The translations under genes were made by a program, and so were the position numbers. Shown here in pieces: positions 1 to 10,801 of a stretch of DNA of 64,000 nt. Each line of letters starts with the position of its first letter. The stretch's first letter is position 1. The notes beneath the pieces are model-generated. The model made no database searches, was not told the origin of the DNA, and saw only the letters and a program-made list of their open reading frames with translations. The DNA is from an uncultured Planctomycetota bacterium (GTDB lineage Bacteria; Planctomycetota; Planctomycetia; Isosphaerales; Isosphaeraceae): positions 736,001 through 800,000 of the forward strand of contig CAWGMQ010000005.1 of NCBI GenBank assembly GCA_963823665.1. The letters run 5' to 3'.

Positions 1-1
1 C

Positions 2-214
2 GTGACGAAGAAAAAGTATGGGGACGCGAGCGCGACGAAGATCGATGACCTTGAATTGAAGCAGGATCGCGTGTTTGGATACTGGTTTGACTTCGGCGAC
101 GACTGGTTTCATCACGTTCAAGTCGAGCGGATCGAACGAGCCATTCCGACGGTATCGTATCCGCGCGTCATCAAGCGGGTGGGCAAGTCTCCGCCGCAGT
201 ATCGTGATAAGTGA
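2..214 (+). CDS. C-terminal part of a plasmid pRiA4b ORF-3-like (IS1096 passenger TnpR-like) protein, 5'-truncated by the window edge
   Basis: Motif 'FGYWFDFGDDWFHHVQVERI...YPRVIKRVGKSPPQY' matches the YxYDFGDxWxH...YP...G..PP signature of this family. Confidence 0.75.
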   Translation: MTKKKYGDASATKIDDLELKQDRVFGYWFDFGDDWFHHVQVERIERAIPTVSYPRVIKRVGKSPPQYRDK

Positions 215-229
215 AGGCGGGTGGAGGGA

Positions 230-253
230 ATGGTCCGCAACAGCGGACCCTAC
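230..253 (-). repeat. GTAG-type REP element, copy 1
   Basis: Minus strand reads GTAG-GGTCCGC-TGTT-GCGGACC, a GTAG tetranucleotide plus a 7-bp hairpin; related copies at 2412-2435 and 12768-12790. Confidence 0.7.
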
Positions 254-328
254 GGAATGCAGTTCCGAATAGTGACATCGCACCCGCTCTCGAAAGGGTC
301 GAGAGCGGGTGCGCTTCGTGCGGGACGC

Positions 329-2142
329 TCAATTGTGGGGAGAGGTCAGGTTTTCAAGCTCCTGAAGCCGCTTCATTGCGGTTGCGGCCTTCAGGGTCTG
401 GTAGTTGATTCCGGAGGCATTCAGGCTGCTGCCCTCCTGGAATGGGAATTGCGGGATTGTCAGGAGGAATTCCTTGATCTGCTCCTGTACGGGTACGAAC
501 AGCCACAGATTATCTGCGTACCAGCGCATGTACATTTGGGAATCGAGGACGGCGCGTTCATAGGGGTCGGCCCGGAGGTGAACGATCGCGGGCCAGCCGG
601 GAACGGATCGGACGCCGGTGGCAATGTTGCCCGTTTGAACGGCGAAATGGACTTTCCAGTCGTTCCAGCGGACGGCGTTCAGCTCGCCGCCCTGGCCGAA
701 ATAGTGGATCGTGTCGCGCGGGGATTTCTTGACCTCACCCTTGAAGAACGGAAGGAAGTTGAATCCGTCGGCATGGATCTTGAAGGTCTTGCCGCCGACC
801 GCATAGCCCTGCTTGAGCTTCTCGACTATTTCGGGCTCACCGCCCGCGGCCAGGAAAGTGGGCATCCAGTCTTCCTGTGACATGATCTCGTTGATGATCG
901 TGCCGGGTTTGATCACGCCGGGCCAGCGCACCAGGCAGGGGACGCGAAACCCGCCCTCCCATGTGGTGCCTTTCTCGCCGTGGAAGGGAGTGGTGCCGCC
1001 ATCGGGCCAGCTCGCGACTTCGGCGCCGTTGTCGGTGCCGTAGATCACGATGGTATTCTCCGTTAACTTCAAGTCGTCGATCTTTTTGAGCAGGTCGCCG
1101 ACCATGTCGTCGTGCTCGACCATGCCGTCGGGATAGAGGCCGATGCCGGTTCGTCCGTTGGACTCCTTCTTCAAGTGAGTCCAGACGTGCATGCGGGTGG
1201 AATTGAACCAGAGGAAGAACGGCTTGTCGTCCTTGGCGTTGCGATCGATGAAATCGGTGGCGTGCTGAAAGATTTCCTGGTCGATCGTGGGCATGCGGCT
1301 GCTGGAGAGCGGGCCGGTGTCGACGATCTTCTGCTTGCCGACCTTGCCCCATTTGGGGTCGACCGTCTGGTCATCGACGTCGGTGGCCGTGCAGTGCAGC
1401 ACGCCGCGCGGTCCATACTTTTTCTTGAATTCCGGGTCTTTGGGGTAGTAATAGCCTTCGGGCTCCTCCTCGGCGTTCAAGTGGTAGAGGTTGCCGAAGA
1501 ACTCGTCGAATCCGTGCACCGTGGGCAGATGCTTGTTGTTATCACCAAGGTGATTCTTACCGAACTGGCCGGTGGCGTAGCCCTGCTGTTTCAACAGGTC
1601 GGCGATCGTGGGCGTCCAGTCCGGGATGCCGTGGGGCGAGCCGGGCATACCGATCGTGAGCAGGCCGGTACGGAAGGGATGCTGGCCCAGAATGAAGGAG
1701 GCGCGGCCGGCGGTGCAACTTTGCTGGGCGTAGAAATCCGTGAACATCGCGCCCTCTTTGCCCAGGCGGTCGATGTTGGGCGTCTTGTAGCCCATGATGC
1801 CGTGGTTATAGGCGCTGATGTTGTGAATGCCGACGTCATCACCCCAGATGACCACGATGTTCGGCTTCTTCCCGGTCTGGGTTGGCGTCTGGATGGGTGT
1901 TCTTGTTTGCAAGTCTCCCTGCTCGAGCGATGCGGTTCTGGCAACACCCAGATCACAGCCTGCGGGCGGCAGAGCGCCGGGTCGGTCAGCACCTTTGTTT
2001 CCAATGAGTGCTGCGGTGCCGCCGGCGCGGGCGCATCGGCCCGCGATGAGGGAAGTAAATCGCGTGTAGCGGAGACGATGCCGATCAACACGCCCAGCGC
2101 CACGCACGCCAGCGATTGAATCCTACCGATAGTCATGTCCAT
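329..2142 (-). CDS. Arylsulfatase (formylglycine-dependent sulfatase, Cys-type); signal-peptide-bearing N-terminus lies in another frame (indel ~1930-1990)
   Basis: KPNIVVIWGDD, TPNIDRL, CTAGR (CxAxR) motif, GKNHLG, DNG and EGGFRVP; the upstream frame from 2142 gives a signal-like MDMTIGRIQSLACVALGVLIGIVSA. Confidence 0.9.
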
Positions 2143-2411
2143 AGAGCTCCTCGAGGTGTCGGAAAAACGCAGATGGATTGTCTCTTCAGCTTCGCGCAGG
2201 CTCGTGAACGGGCGCCCGGCTCAACTTGAGCAGCGGCGGAAATCGTTGTTCACTATCTATCTCGCGAAGAAATGCCAAGTTCGCACTCAAGCGATGACAG
2301 GGTTCGCACGGCCACGGTGACGCGGAAAGGGGGCTGAGTCAAGCCTGAGCCGCCGGGCGGGCTGATTTTCATCGGCAAACCGCCTATCACCGCGTTCGGC
2401 AACTTCGGCGG

Positions 2412-2435
2412 ATGGTCCGCAAAAGCGGACCCTAC
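2412..2435 (-). repeat. GTAG-type REP element, copy 2; its TAG is the stop codon of the TPR gene
   Basis: Minus strand reads GTAG-GGTCCGC-TTTT-GCGGACC. Confidence 0.7.
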
Positions 2436-3919
2436 ATTTTCTTATCCGTCTGCGGCCTTCCGGCCAGAGTGGATTCGCGGGTTTGCGGATCGGCCAGGGC
2501 GGGCTCGCGGCGGATGGCCTCAGCCAGATCGGCCTGGGCGCGGCTGGTTTTTCCCAGTGCCTCATAGGCCCGGCTACGGGCAAGGTAGACCAGAGACCAC
2601 GTCGGTGCGTGGCGGCGCGCTCGCTGCAAGTCAGAGATCGCTCGCCGATTGTTGCCGAGACCGAGGTGTGCCAGGCCGCGAAGATAATAGACGCCGGGAT
2701 CGCGGTTGGCGATTCGCCGGGCTGCATCCATGTCGATTCGAGCGAGATCATTGCGCCGCAGCCAGAGGTAAGCCTGAGCGCGACAGCACAAGGCGGCAAG
2801 GTCATCCGGGCTGTAGGCCAGCGACCAGCCGCAATCATCGATCGCTTCGGCATACTGACCAAGAGCCAGGTGTGATTGCGCCCGGTGCAGCCACGCTTCG
2901 GGGTCGCTCGGGTTCAACTGGAGCGCTCGGGAAAATGCGCCCACGGCGAGCTGGTGCTCGCCCTGGGACGCATGGAGCGTGCCTTGCGTGAAGTATCCGT
3001 CGGCAGTGCGGGCCGTCTCGAGCCCGGACTCTTCGATCACCTTGATCTCGTCTTCGCCAGGTTCGACGTCGACGGTTTGCTCGGAACTGTGGTCGACGGT
3101 CTCGACTTCCTCGGGTGGGGCTGGGCGCTCAACCGTGCCGGGTTGTTCCACCAAGCTCGAGGCGGGAGCGGTGGTGGAGCGGGACGGCATGCCGATCGAG
3201 GCGAGGCGTTTGAGCTCGGTCTTGAGCAATCCGCGCAGATCGGGCCGGAGGTGCTTGGCCCAGCGCGGCTGTTGTTCCCCGCGAGCGCGCGCGTAGAGCG
3301 CCAGTGCGTACGCATGTTCTGCAATATTCATATATCCTTGCCGGCTGAGGTTCCAGCCCTCGACGTTTCCGGACCGCCAGTTGACTTCTCGGATCGCGTT
3401 GTTGGCCGTGAAGACGCCCAGGCCGAAATAGACAGTGAGCAGGTCAGTGAGCGGCTCGTGGTCGGGTGTGCTCGGGTCGCATCGTTTGTCGGCGAGGAGG
3501 TGGACGTGGCCCAGCTCGTGGGCCAGGGTGCTGACGACCGCGTGCGGCTCGTCCAGCCGCGACTGCTCGAGCCAGATGGTGATTCTGCCCTCGTGTTCCT
3601 CGAATGCGCCCAAGGCGTAATCGCGCCGCAGGGTGGGATTGAAAGCCGCGGGCACCGGGTCGGCGGATGGGCTCGTGTAGAGCTGAAGGTCGAGGCGGTT
3701 GCGGTCGACGCTCATGTACGTGCAGAGGCGGTCGAGGAGCATGGCGGCACCTTCCGCGGAGGGCGAGTAACGGCCGGGAAAGAACTCGTCGGTGGGGGTG
3801 ACGACCGGGGCGCTCATTCGGTCATCGCCGAATTCCTGGCGCAGCCAGGCGAATCGGTCGTCGATCCACTGGCGCTGCTCGATAGTTAGCGGGGATTTGA
3901 GCTCGAACCAGCCGAACAT
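2432..3919 (-). CDS. Putative zincin-like metallopeptidase domain fused to C-terminal TPR repeats
   Basis: AHELGHVHL (HExxH) with downstream DHEPLTD; TPR-like units such as AWLHRAQSHLALGQYAEAIDD and VYYLRGLAHLGLGNNRRAISDL; no signal peptide. Confidence 0.7.
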   Translation of the reverse strand: MFGWFELKSPLTIEQRQWIDDRFAWLRQEFGDDRMSAPVVTPTDEFFPGRYSPSAEGAAMLLDRLCTYMSVDRNRLDLQLYTSPSADPVPAAFNPTLRRDYALGAFEEHEGRITIWLEQSRLDEPHAVVSTLAHELGHVHLLADKRCDPSTPDHEPLTDLLTVYFGLGVFTANNAIREVNWRSGNVEGWNLSRQGYMNIAEHAYALALYARARGEQQPRWAKHLRPDLRGLLKTELKRLASIGMPSRSTTAPASSLVEQPGTVERPAPPEEVETVDHSSEQTVDVEPGEDEIKVIEESGLETARTADGYFTQGTLHASQGEHQLAVGAFSRALQLNPSDPEAWLHRAQSHLALGQYAEAIDDCGWSLAYSPDDLAALCCRAQAYLWLRRNDLARIDMDAARRIANRDPGVYYLRGLAHLGLGNNRRAISDLQRARRHAPTWSLVYLARSRAYEALGKTSRAQADLAEAIRREPALADPQTRESTLAGRPQTDKKM

Positions 3920-3930
3920 GGGTGAATGAA

Positions 3931-4542
3931 CTAGCCTCGTTTCTTGGCGGTCTTTCGTTTGCTACCGCGTTTGGGCCCGGTTTTCTTGGAAGTCGTTTTG
4001 GGAGCAGTTTTCCTGCCCGCGGTTTTCTTGTGTGTGGTTTTTTTCGGAGCGGTGGGTTGCTTTCGTGCGACGCCCGTGTCCGCGGCTGCCATTGGTGCGG
4101 TGGCTTTGGCAGTTCGGCGTCGGGGACCACCGTTTTTGGCCGTTGCAAGGCCGTGCTCGAGCGGCTCGACGTCGGGTGGTTGAGAGGCGGGCACGGATGG
4201 ACATTGCGCGTCAGGACGAATCCGCGAGCCGACCGTACAAAGGCTGATGGGCTTCATCGGATACGATTCCGAGATCTTACGGAGTATATCTTTCAAGAAA
4301 TCGGCATCACCAAAGTCGCCACCACCTATGAATTGGAACCCGCTGGGTGTTCCGTCCTGCACGTCGGCCCGTATGTTGAAGACTGGCGTGATCGGCTTGG
4401 GAGAGGCGGCGTTGCGCAGCTTGACAATGATGGACACGACGACTATTCCCTTATTCATCGGCATGAAGAATACTCCCGATCTCGAATCGTTGGTTTGTGG
4501 CTTCCAAAACGGCGCCGTAAGCGTTTGGCGATCCGACTTCAT
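3931..4542 (-). CDS. Hypothetical protein with a Lys/Thr-rich, histone-H1-like tail
   Basis: C-terminal KKTTHKKTAGRKTAPKTTSKKTGPKRGSKRKTAKKRG; co-oriented between two minus-strand genes. Confidence 0.5.
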   Translation of the reverse strand: MKSDRQTLTAPFWKPQTNDSRSGVFFMPMNKGIVVVSIIVKLRNAASPKPITPVFNIRADVQDGTPSGFQFIGGGDFGDADFLKDILRKISESYPMKPISLCTVGSRIRPDAQCPSVPASQPPDVEPLEHGLATAKNGGPRRRTAKATAPMAAADTGVARKQPTAPKKTTHKKTAGRKTAPKTTSKKTGPKRGSKRKTAKKRG

Positions 4543-4626
4543 CGCGCCGGCATTGTACAGGCCGAGAACACCGTTGTCAGGGGCCTGGCTCGCTCCGAGG
4601 CATTTCAGAATCGGATCGAGTCTCGA

Positions 4627-5643
4627 TCACATTGATTTGCCGATTTGCTGCTGCATACGTATGAGCTGCAGGTTGTTGTCAATGGTTTTAATCAACTGGG
4701 CCGTGTTCGGCACGGTCGGTTTGAAGAAGTCGAGCGCGATTTTGACGGGTTGATTTGCCATTAATGCGGGGAACTCATCTTTGGTGGCAGGGACATCCGA
4801 CGCAGCATAGCTGACGTAAAAACGCGTCGTGTTCTTGCCGGGACACAACAGCCCATCCTCTTCCTTGGGAAGGGGTGCCGGCAAGTCGGGCCCGTCGTAG
4901 GATTGTAGCTGGAGCGTGTAGGTCTTGTCCTTGATCGTGACATCAATCAAACCGGAGCTGTCCGGGATGGGTTTACTCAGCACGATAGTGAATTTAAGGA
5001 ACGTGTCGGATTCCTTGGCCAAAGTCGCGCAGACGACTGTGTTGTCGAACTTGTCGGGAATCGAAAGCGGCTGTCCTCGCTGAACTGTTGTTACCAACGC
5101 AAGCTTCAGGAATTCATATTTATATTCTACAGGTATCCAATAGTACATATCACCGCAACGTTGACAAAGATGGGCCGCTCCGTCCGGAGGAGGATAAGGC
5201 GTATGCACCAGCCGGGAGGGCTTTTTGCAAATGAATTCGAGGTATGCATCATAGACCTCGTTATGATCGATCACGGGGTCGGCAGTGACGGTGAGCGCGC
5301 TGGTCTGATACGCGCTCGGGTTGAAGGCGGAAGCATTCATAAAGCTGTGCGTCAATGTTCGGACCACGGTGGGAATGACCAGCATCTTGGTGTTCGTGGT
5401 GGTCTGGGTGCTGGTGAAACTGGCCATGCCGTTTTGCGTGATCGTTCCCGTAACCTTCGAGTAGTCCAACTGGACGATCGGCAGCCCTCGATCGGCGCGC
5501 ACGAGATTGTCCATGATCTGATTGGTGTACAAATCGAGAAGGCGGGTGCGGAACTGATCCTGATCCCTGGCGAGCTGCTCGGATCGACAGCCGAGGCCGC
5601 CCATGAGCGCAAGCGTCAGAAGTGGCAACGACGAACGTCTCAT
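4627..5643 (-). CDS. Hypothetical lipoprotein
   Basis: MRRSSLPLLTLALMGGLGC lipobox-like N-terminus; long ORF in a visibly AT-richer stretch. Confidence 0.65.
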   Translation of the reverse strand: MRRSSLPLLTLALMGGLGCRSEQLARDQDQFRTRLLDLYTNQIMDNLVRADRGLPIVQLDYSKVTGTITQNGMASFTSTQTTTNTKMLVIPTVVRTLTHSFMNASAFNPSAYQTSALTVTADPVIDHNEVYDAYLEFICKKPSRLVHTPYPPPDGAAHLCQRCGDMYYWIPVEYKYEFLKLALVTTVQRGQPLSIPDKFDNTVVCATLAKESDTFLKFTIVLSKPIPDSSGLIDVTIKDKTYTLQLQSYDGPDLPAPLPKEEDGLLCPGKNTTRFYVSYAASDVPATKDEFPALMANQPVKIALDFFKPTVPNTAQLIKTIDNNLQLIRMQQQIGKSM

Positions 5644-5920
5644 TCGGCGAGCCCCGGAATTGCTTCAACGAATCGACAAAGACGGTACAGCCATTCGCGG
5701 CAGACCATTCGGTTCATTAGGTATCGTCCAAATCGGCGTGATAACTGTTAGAATCCTTGCGTCCGGCTTACTTCTTCCCGATCAAGGTGCTGGCAGTCCG
5801 AGTTTTCGGTCGAGAAGCGTCGATCTAGATGCCTGCAACGTTGGACGAATTGTGCTCTTCTGGTGGGTGGAATTACGCTCACAACCTGTCGACCTAAAGT
5901 TCGATGCCCCGGGACGTTGA

Positions 5921-8900
5921 ATGCCGGGGGCTGATCTGGTGTGCCGCAACTGCTTGCGCTGCTTGGTAGATACGTCGCTGGAGGCCTCTTTGAAACTGAG
6001 TCGAACGCGGAGGCGACCGGCATTTGAATTTGAGTCGCTCGAGGATCGCCGGCTCCTCGCTTCCACGGCCGCCTTTCCGTTTGCGGATGTGCGGTTCGGC
6101 GGCGTGCTTTACGAGATTGCGGTTGTGGCCGGCCCGGGTGGAGTTCAGACTCATCGAACCCGGCAGGGGATGGTCGGGATCAACCTGCTCGGAACCACGC
6201 AAGACAGCCAGGTCACGATCACGGCACTGATCTCGCACAAGGGCCAGGCCGTCAAGCGGCTAGCGGTCGGTGCCATCAACGTGCGCACGGGGCATGTCGG
6301 ATCGATCCAGGGACTGACCTCAACCAACCTCATGGGCCGGATATCGCCCTTGCAGGGCATCGTGAATTCGCTCCAGTTCAATTCGCTCGGTCCGGCGGCC
6401 CAGATCAGCGTGTTTGGAAACCTCGGTCAGTTGAGCGTCAACCAGGGAATCAGCCTGGGGAAGACGGGCCAGATCTACGTGTCGAACGATCTCACAGGCA
6501 CGTTCAGTGTGACGCGCGACGTGGACCTGGACGGTGGCCGTATTGCCGTCGGCCAAGACCTGAACGCATCGGTCGCACTGGGTGGGAACCTGGCACTGGC
6601 CGATAACGGCCAGTTCACCGTCGGGCGCAACCTGGGAGCGACGGCGAGCATGGCGGCCGCGGACACGATCACCGGGAACCTGAGCGTGGATTCCGGCAGC
6701 GAGTTTTCGATCGGCGGAAATCTCAGCGCGCTCTCGGTGAACGGCAATATCGAGGCGTCCGGGAACGGAGTGATTTCGGTCAAAGGTAATGTTACCAGTC
6801 TCAGCGTCAATGGCGGCGGAGGGGGCTCGGTTACGGGAAACGTGACCTTGAGCTCGGGCGGAGAACTTGTGGTTGGCCAGAACCTGGGCACGCTCACTGT
6901 CGGCAGCAACATTGTCACATCGACCAGCGGCAAGATTCAGGTCGACGGGAATCTCGGCACTCTGTCCGTCGGAGGCGGAATCATGGAGTCGACGGGGGGC
7001 ACGATCGCGATCGCGACGGATTTGACAGGCGCGCTCTCCGTGGCCGGCGCCGTGTCGTTGAACGGCGGTGTCTTCAGCGTTGGGCGAGACCTGAGCGGAT
7101 CGGTCGCCATTACGGGCAACCTCGGTCTGAGCAATAGCAGCGACTTTACTATCGGCCGCAACCTGGGCGCAACAGCGAGCATGGCGGCCGCGGACACGAT
7201 CACCGGGAACTTGACCGTCGACTCGGGCAGCGCGCTTTCCGTGGGCGGGAACTTGAGCGCGCTTACTGTCGGCGGCAATCTCGAGGCTTCAGGAAACGGG
7301 GCGATCTCCGTCGCCGGTAATGTCACCACGCTCATGGTGAACGGGGGCGGAGGGAGTTCGGCTACGGGGAACTTGATGTTGAGCTCCGGCGGCGAGCTCG
7401 TCGTCGGCCAGAACCTGAGCACGCTGACTGTCGGCAGCAACATTCTCACATCGACGAATGGCAAGATTCAGGTGGCCGGCAGTGTGGGCACTCTGTCCGT
7501 GGGCGGAGCCATCACGGAGTCGGCTGGCGGCGCGATCGCGATATCGACGAACCTGACGGGCCCGGTTTCCGTGACCGGCGCCGTGACTTTGAATGGGGGC
7601 ATCCTCAGCGTTGGCCAAGACCTGAGCGGGTCAGTCACGATCGGGGGAAACTTAGCACTGAGCAACAGCGGCCTGTTCACCGTTGGTCGCAATCTGGGGG
7701 CCACAGCTAGCGGGGCGGCTACGGATACTGTTACCGGCAACTTGACTGCGGACTCCGGCAGCGCGCTTTCCGTTGGCGGAAACTTAAGCGCGCTCACCGT
7801 GGGCGGCAATGTTGAAGCGTCGGGGAACGGAAAGATTTCAGTCACCGGTAATGTGACCACGCTCACGGTGAATGGGGGCGGTGGGGGTTCGGTTACAGGA
7901 AACGTGACCTTGAGCTCCGGCGGCGAGCTCGTCGTCGGCCAGAACCTGAGTACGCTTTCTGTGGGGAGCAACATTGTCACGTCGACGAGCGGCAAGCTAC
8001 AGGTGGTCGGTGATCTCGGGAGTTTATCCGTTGGCGGCAATATCACGGAATCGGCGGGCGGGTCAATCGTGATTTCCACCGACCTGACAGGCGGGCTTTC
8101 CGTAACGGGCGGCGTGTCGCTAGATGGCGGCGTGTTCAGTGTCGGCCGAGACCTGACCGGAACGGTCGCGATTGCGGGCAACCTGGCCCTGACCAACAGC
8201 GGCCACTTCACGGTCGGTCGCAACCTTGGGGCCACGGCGAGCATGGCAACCGACACCGTGACCGGTAACTTGAGTGTGGATTCAGAGAGCGAGCTTTCTG
8301 TCGGTGGAAACTTGAGCGCGCTGGCGGTCAATGGAAATGTCGAAGCGTCGGGGAACGGAGTGATTTCCGTGACGGGTATTCTCACGACCTTGACGGTGAG
8401 TGGCGGTGGTGGCAGCGCCGCTACTGGAGACGTGACGCTTGGATCGGGAGGGATGATCGACGTCGGTGGTAACTTGAACACTTTTTCAATTGGCAGCGAT
8501 CTCCAGACATCTGGCGGGGGTGAGGTCAAGGTGGGCGGAGACCTCGGCACTCTTTCTGTAACCGGTGTCATTCAAGGCAAGGGGAGCGACGATATCGTTG
8601 TGGGCGACGACCTGGGGCAGCTCACGGTGCTGGGTGGTGGGAGCAACGTATTCAGTCTCACTGATGTCGCGATCAGTGTCAGCGAGAATATTCAGGGGCT
8701 CGACATTCGCAATGGAATCACCAATAGCCTGATCACTGCAGGCATCCTGATCAACGGCGGCACGCCCGGCACCGGCTCGAACGGCTGGAACATCGGGTCT
8801 GAAGGGTCCTTCGCCGTGTTCGACTCGCAAATCCTCGCTGGTTTTGAAATCGAGAACCTGATCATCGGGGGCAACGTGGAGTCGGACATGCCGTCGAATC

Positions 8901-9286
8901 CGGCGGGGCTGCCGACCCGCATCGTTGCCGGCGAGTACCCTCAAAACACGTACGTGGCCGGAGGGATCATTGACAAGTTTCAAATCATCGGGAACCTGAT
9001 CGACTCCGTTGTTGCAGCCAGCGTTGAGCCGTACAACGGCATCTATCCTGAGCCGGCAGCGGGGCCGAACTCCACGGCTCCGCCGTTTGCGGATCCGAGC
9101 GTGCCCATGACCATCGTCCTCTTGGGGGGTTCGATCAATCCGAGCTACGCTACTTCGAGCGGAACGCCGAGCATGCTTACCGTGACGGGCGCCGTCGTGA
9201 CGAACACACACGTTTATACCGCGGATTACGCGGGGATCTTTGCTGCGAACACTGCGGGCGTGAAGGTTGGTGTGCCGAGTACGTGA
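5921..9286 (+). CDS. Large secreted Gly/Ser/Thr/Asn/Val-rich beta-helix-like repeat protein with planctomycete extracellular (LEPR-XLL-type) leader
   Basis: RRRPAFEFESLEDRRLLA leader; ~3.5 copies of a 177-aa repeat built from 'xVGGNL' turns. Confidence 0.85.
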   Translation: MPGADLVCRNCLRCLVDTSLEASLKLSRTRRRPAFEFESLEDRRLLASTAAFPFADVRFGGVLYEIAVVAGPGGVQTHRTRQGMVGINLLGTTQDSQVTITALISHKGQAVKRLAVGAINVRTGHVGSIQGLTSTNLMGRISPLQGIVNSLQFNSLGPAAQISVFGNLGQLSVNQGISLGKTGQIYVSNDLTGTFSVTRDVDLDGGRIAVGQDLNASVALGGNLALADNGQFTVGRNLGATASMAAADTITGNLSVDSGSEFSIGGNLSALSVNGNIEASGNGVISVKGNVTSLSVNGGGGGSVTGNVTLSSGGELVVGQNLGTLTVGSNIVTSTSGKIQVDGNLGTLSVGGGIMESTGGTIAIATDLTGALSVAGAVSLNGGVFSVGRDLSGSVAITGNLGLSNSSDFTIGRNLGATASMAAADTITGNLTVDSGSALSVGGNLSALTVGGNLEASGNGAISVAGNVTTLMVNGGGGSSATGNLMLSSGGELVVGQNLSTLTVGSNILTSTNGKIQVAGSVGTLSVGGAITESAGGAIAISTNLTGPVSVTGAVTLNGGILSVGQDLSGSVTIGGNLALSNSGLFTVGRNLGATASGAATDTVTGNLTADSGSALSVGGNLSALTVGGNVEASGNGKISVTGNVTTLTVNGGGGGSVTGNVTLSSGGELVVGQNLSTLSVGSNIVTSTSGKLQVVGDLGSLSVGGNITESAGGSIVISTDLTGGLSVTGGVSLDGGVFSVGRDLTGTVAIAGNLALTNSGHFTVGRNLGATASMATDTVTGNLSVDSESELSVGGNLSALAVNGNVEASGNGVISVTGILTTLTVSGGGGSAATGDVTLGSGGMIDVGGNLNTFSIGSDLQTSGGGEVKVGGDLGTLSVTGVIQGKGSDDIVVGDDLGQLTVLGGGSNVFSLTDVAISVSENIQGLDIRNGITNSLITAGILINGGTPGTGSNGWNIGSEGSFAVFDSQILAGFEIENLIIGGNVESDMPSNPAGLPTRIVAGEYPQNTYVAGGIIDKFQIIGNLIDSVVAASVEPYNGIYPEPAAGPNSTAPPFADPSVPMTIVLLGGSINPSYATSSGTPSMLTVTGAVVTNTHVYTADYAGIFAANTAGVKVGVPST
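6580..8480 (+). repeat. Intragenic tandem repeat, 531-bp period
   Basis: GRNLGATAS codons start at 6623, 7154, 7685 and 8216, exactly 531 bp apart. Confidence 0.9.
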
Positions 9287-9647
9287 CAGTTAGCGACATT
9301 CGTATTTCCGGTCGGCGCAGAAACCTTTGCTCGGCAGAGTGAGCGTCGCTCCCGACATGGCGCAGTGGGCACAGGGGTGGCGAGTGGATTCGATCCAAGG
9401 TCGATCCCACGGTTGACTTGATAGCGTCTGGCTGATCGTGTCTCATAGAGGAGCTCGGTTCGTGGGGATCACCGTCGAGTTGCCGGGTCGCTGAAGTGCG
9501 ACCCAATCGTGTTCGACGCTCCGGAGGCTCGCGCCCTGTGATCGCCAATTCGTGGGAAGCGAAGTACTTATCCAGTCGCCGCAATTCGTCTGTCAAAACG
9601 AAGAGGCGCTCTCCTCCTGTGACGAATCACATGATAGGATCGGCGGA

Positions 9648-10801
9648 ATGGCGACAATGGTACCTTTGCCGCAACCGGTGATCGAGAGGGCTGAACCGTA
9701 CGAACGGTTTCCCGTCGACAAGCTGCTGCTCGATTGGCGCAATCCGAGGCTCGCAGAGTACGGGGTTCAGGCCGACGTCGGCCAGTCCGAGCTACTCAAG
9801 ATACTCTGGCAGAAGGTGGCGATCGAGGAGCTCGCCATGTCGATCACCTACAACGGGTATTTCATCCACGAACCGCTGCTGCTGGAAGACGAGGGTGACA
9901 ACTACGTTGTCATCGAGGGCAACAGACGATTAGCTGCCGTGAAACTTCTCCTGGACGAAACGCTCCGCGAGCGTCTGCGAGCCACTGACCTTCCGCCGAT
10001 CAACAGAGAGCGTCAGGAGGAGCTCGCGGCGCTTCCCGGTTTGGTCACGACGCGGAAAAAGGTTTGGCGCTACCTCGGGTTCAAGCACGTCAACGGACCT
10101 TCGAGCTATAGCTCGTACTCCAAGGCGCGTTACATCGCGGCACTGCATGATGACTATGGGGTTTCCCTTGAAGACATTGCCCGCCAAGTGGGCGATCGTA
10201 ACTCGACCGTCGAACGCATGTATCGCGGTCTGATGGTGATCGATCAGGCCGAAAGGGCTGGTCTGTTCGATCGGCGGGAGACGTCCAAGCCGTCATTCCA
10301 TTTCAGTTACATCTATACTGCGCTTGACTATCCGGGCTTCAAAAGCTTTCTCGGGTTTGATGCGAAGGGCACGACCGAGCGAGAGCCGGTCCCAAAGAGC
10401 AGGCTCAAACAGCTCGGCGAGGTCTGCGCCTGGCTCTATGGCGATAGCCTCCGTGACAAGCCATCTCTGATCCAGTCCCAGAACCTCGACCTGAAAATCC
10501 TCGACAGCGTGCTCATGAGCAAAGCCGGGGTCGAAGCGCTACGTGAAGGACTTCCACTAGGCCTCGCCAAGGATATCAGCCCGGGCGACGACAAGCTTTC
10601 CGCGAGGCGCTCCGGCAATCGAAAGAGGACCTCCGGAAAACGCACGGGACACTGAGCGCGGGGCTCAGCCCCACCGACAGTGAGATGCTCAAGCTTGCCA
10701 GCGATACCGAGGATCTTGCGAGCGACCTGATGGCGGGAATGATGCAGAAGAGGAAGAAGGCGAAGCGGGTGCTGGACAGGGAAAAAGAGTGCGATGAGTA
10801 G
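9648..10801 (+). CDS. ParB/Sulfiredoxin-like N-terminal domain protein; 1-bp indel near 10600
   Basis: LLLDWRNPRL and YVVIEGNRRLAAVKLL ParB/Srx motifs; adding one T at 'aagctttc' continues FREALRQSKEDLRK...EKECDE* to a TAG that overlaps the next ATG. Confidence 0.75.

Noticed and set aside
221..2119. Long plus-strand ORFs (221-880, 1112-2119), and similar long antisense ORFs elsewhere such as 36157-38625 and 40901-42427
   Set aside because: Antisense shadows of well-supported genes, expected at high GC; no recognisable motifs
6580..8480. Diversity-generating retroelement TR/VR pair
   Set aside because: The repeats are in-frame coding modules with mostly synonymous, not adenine-specific, differences; no reverse transcriptase is present
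9648..10801. Chromosome or plasmid partition ParB
   Set aside because: No parA or evident parS nearby; the gene is coupled to a nuclease-like gene instead
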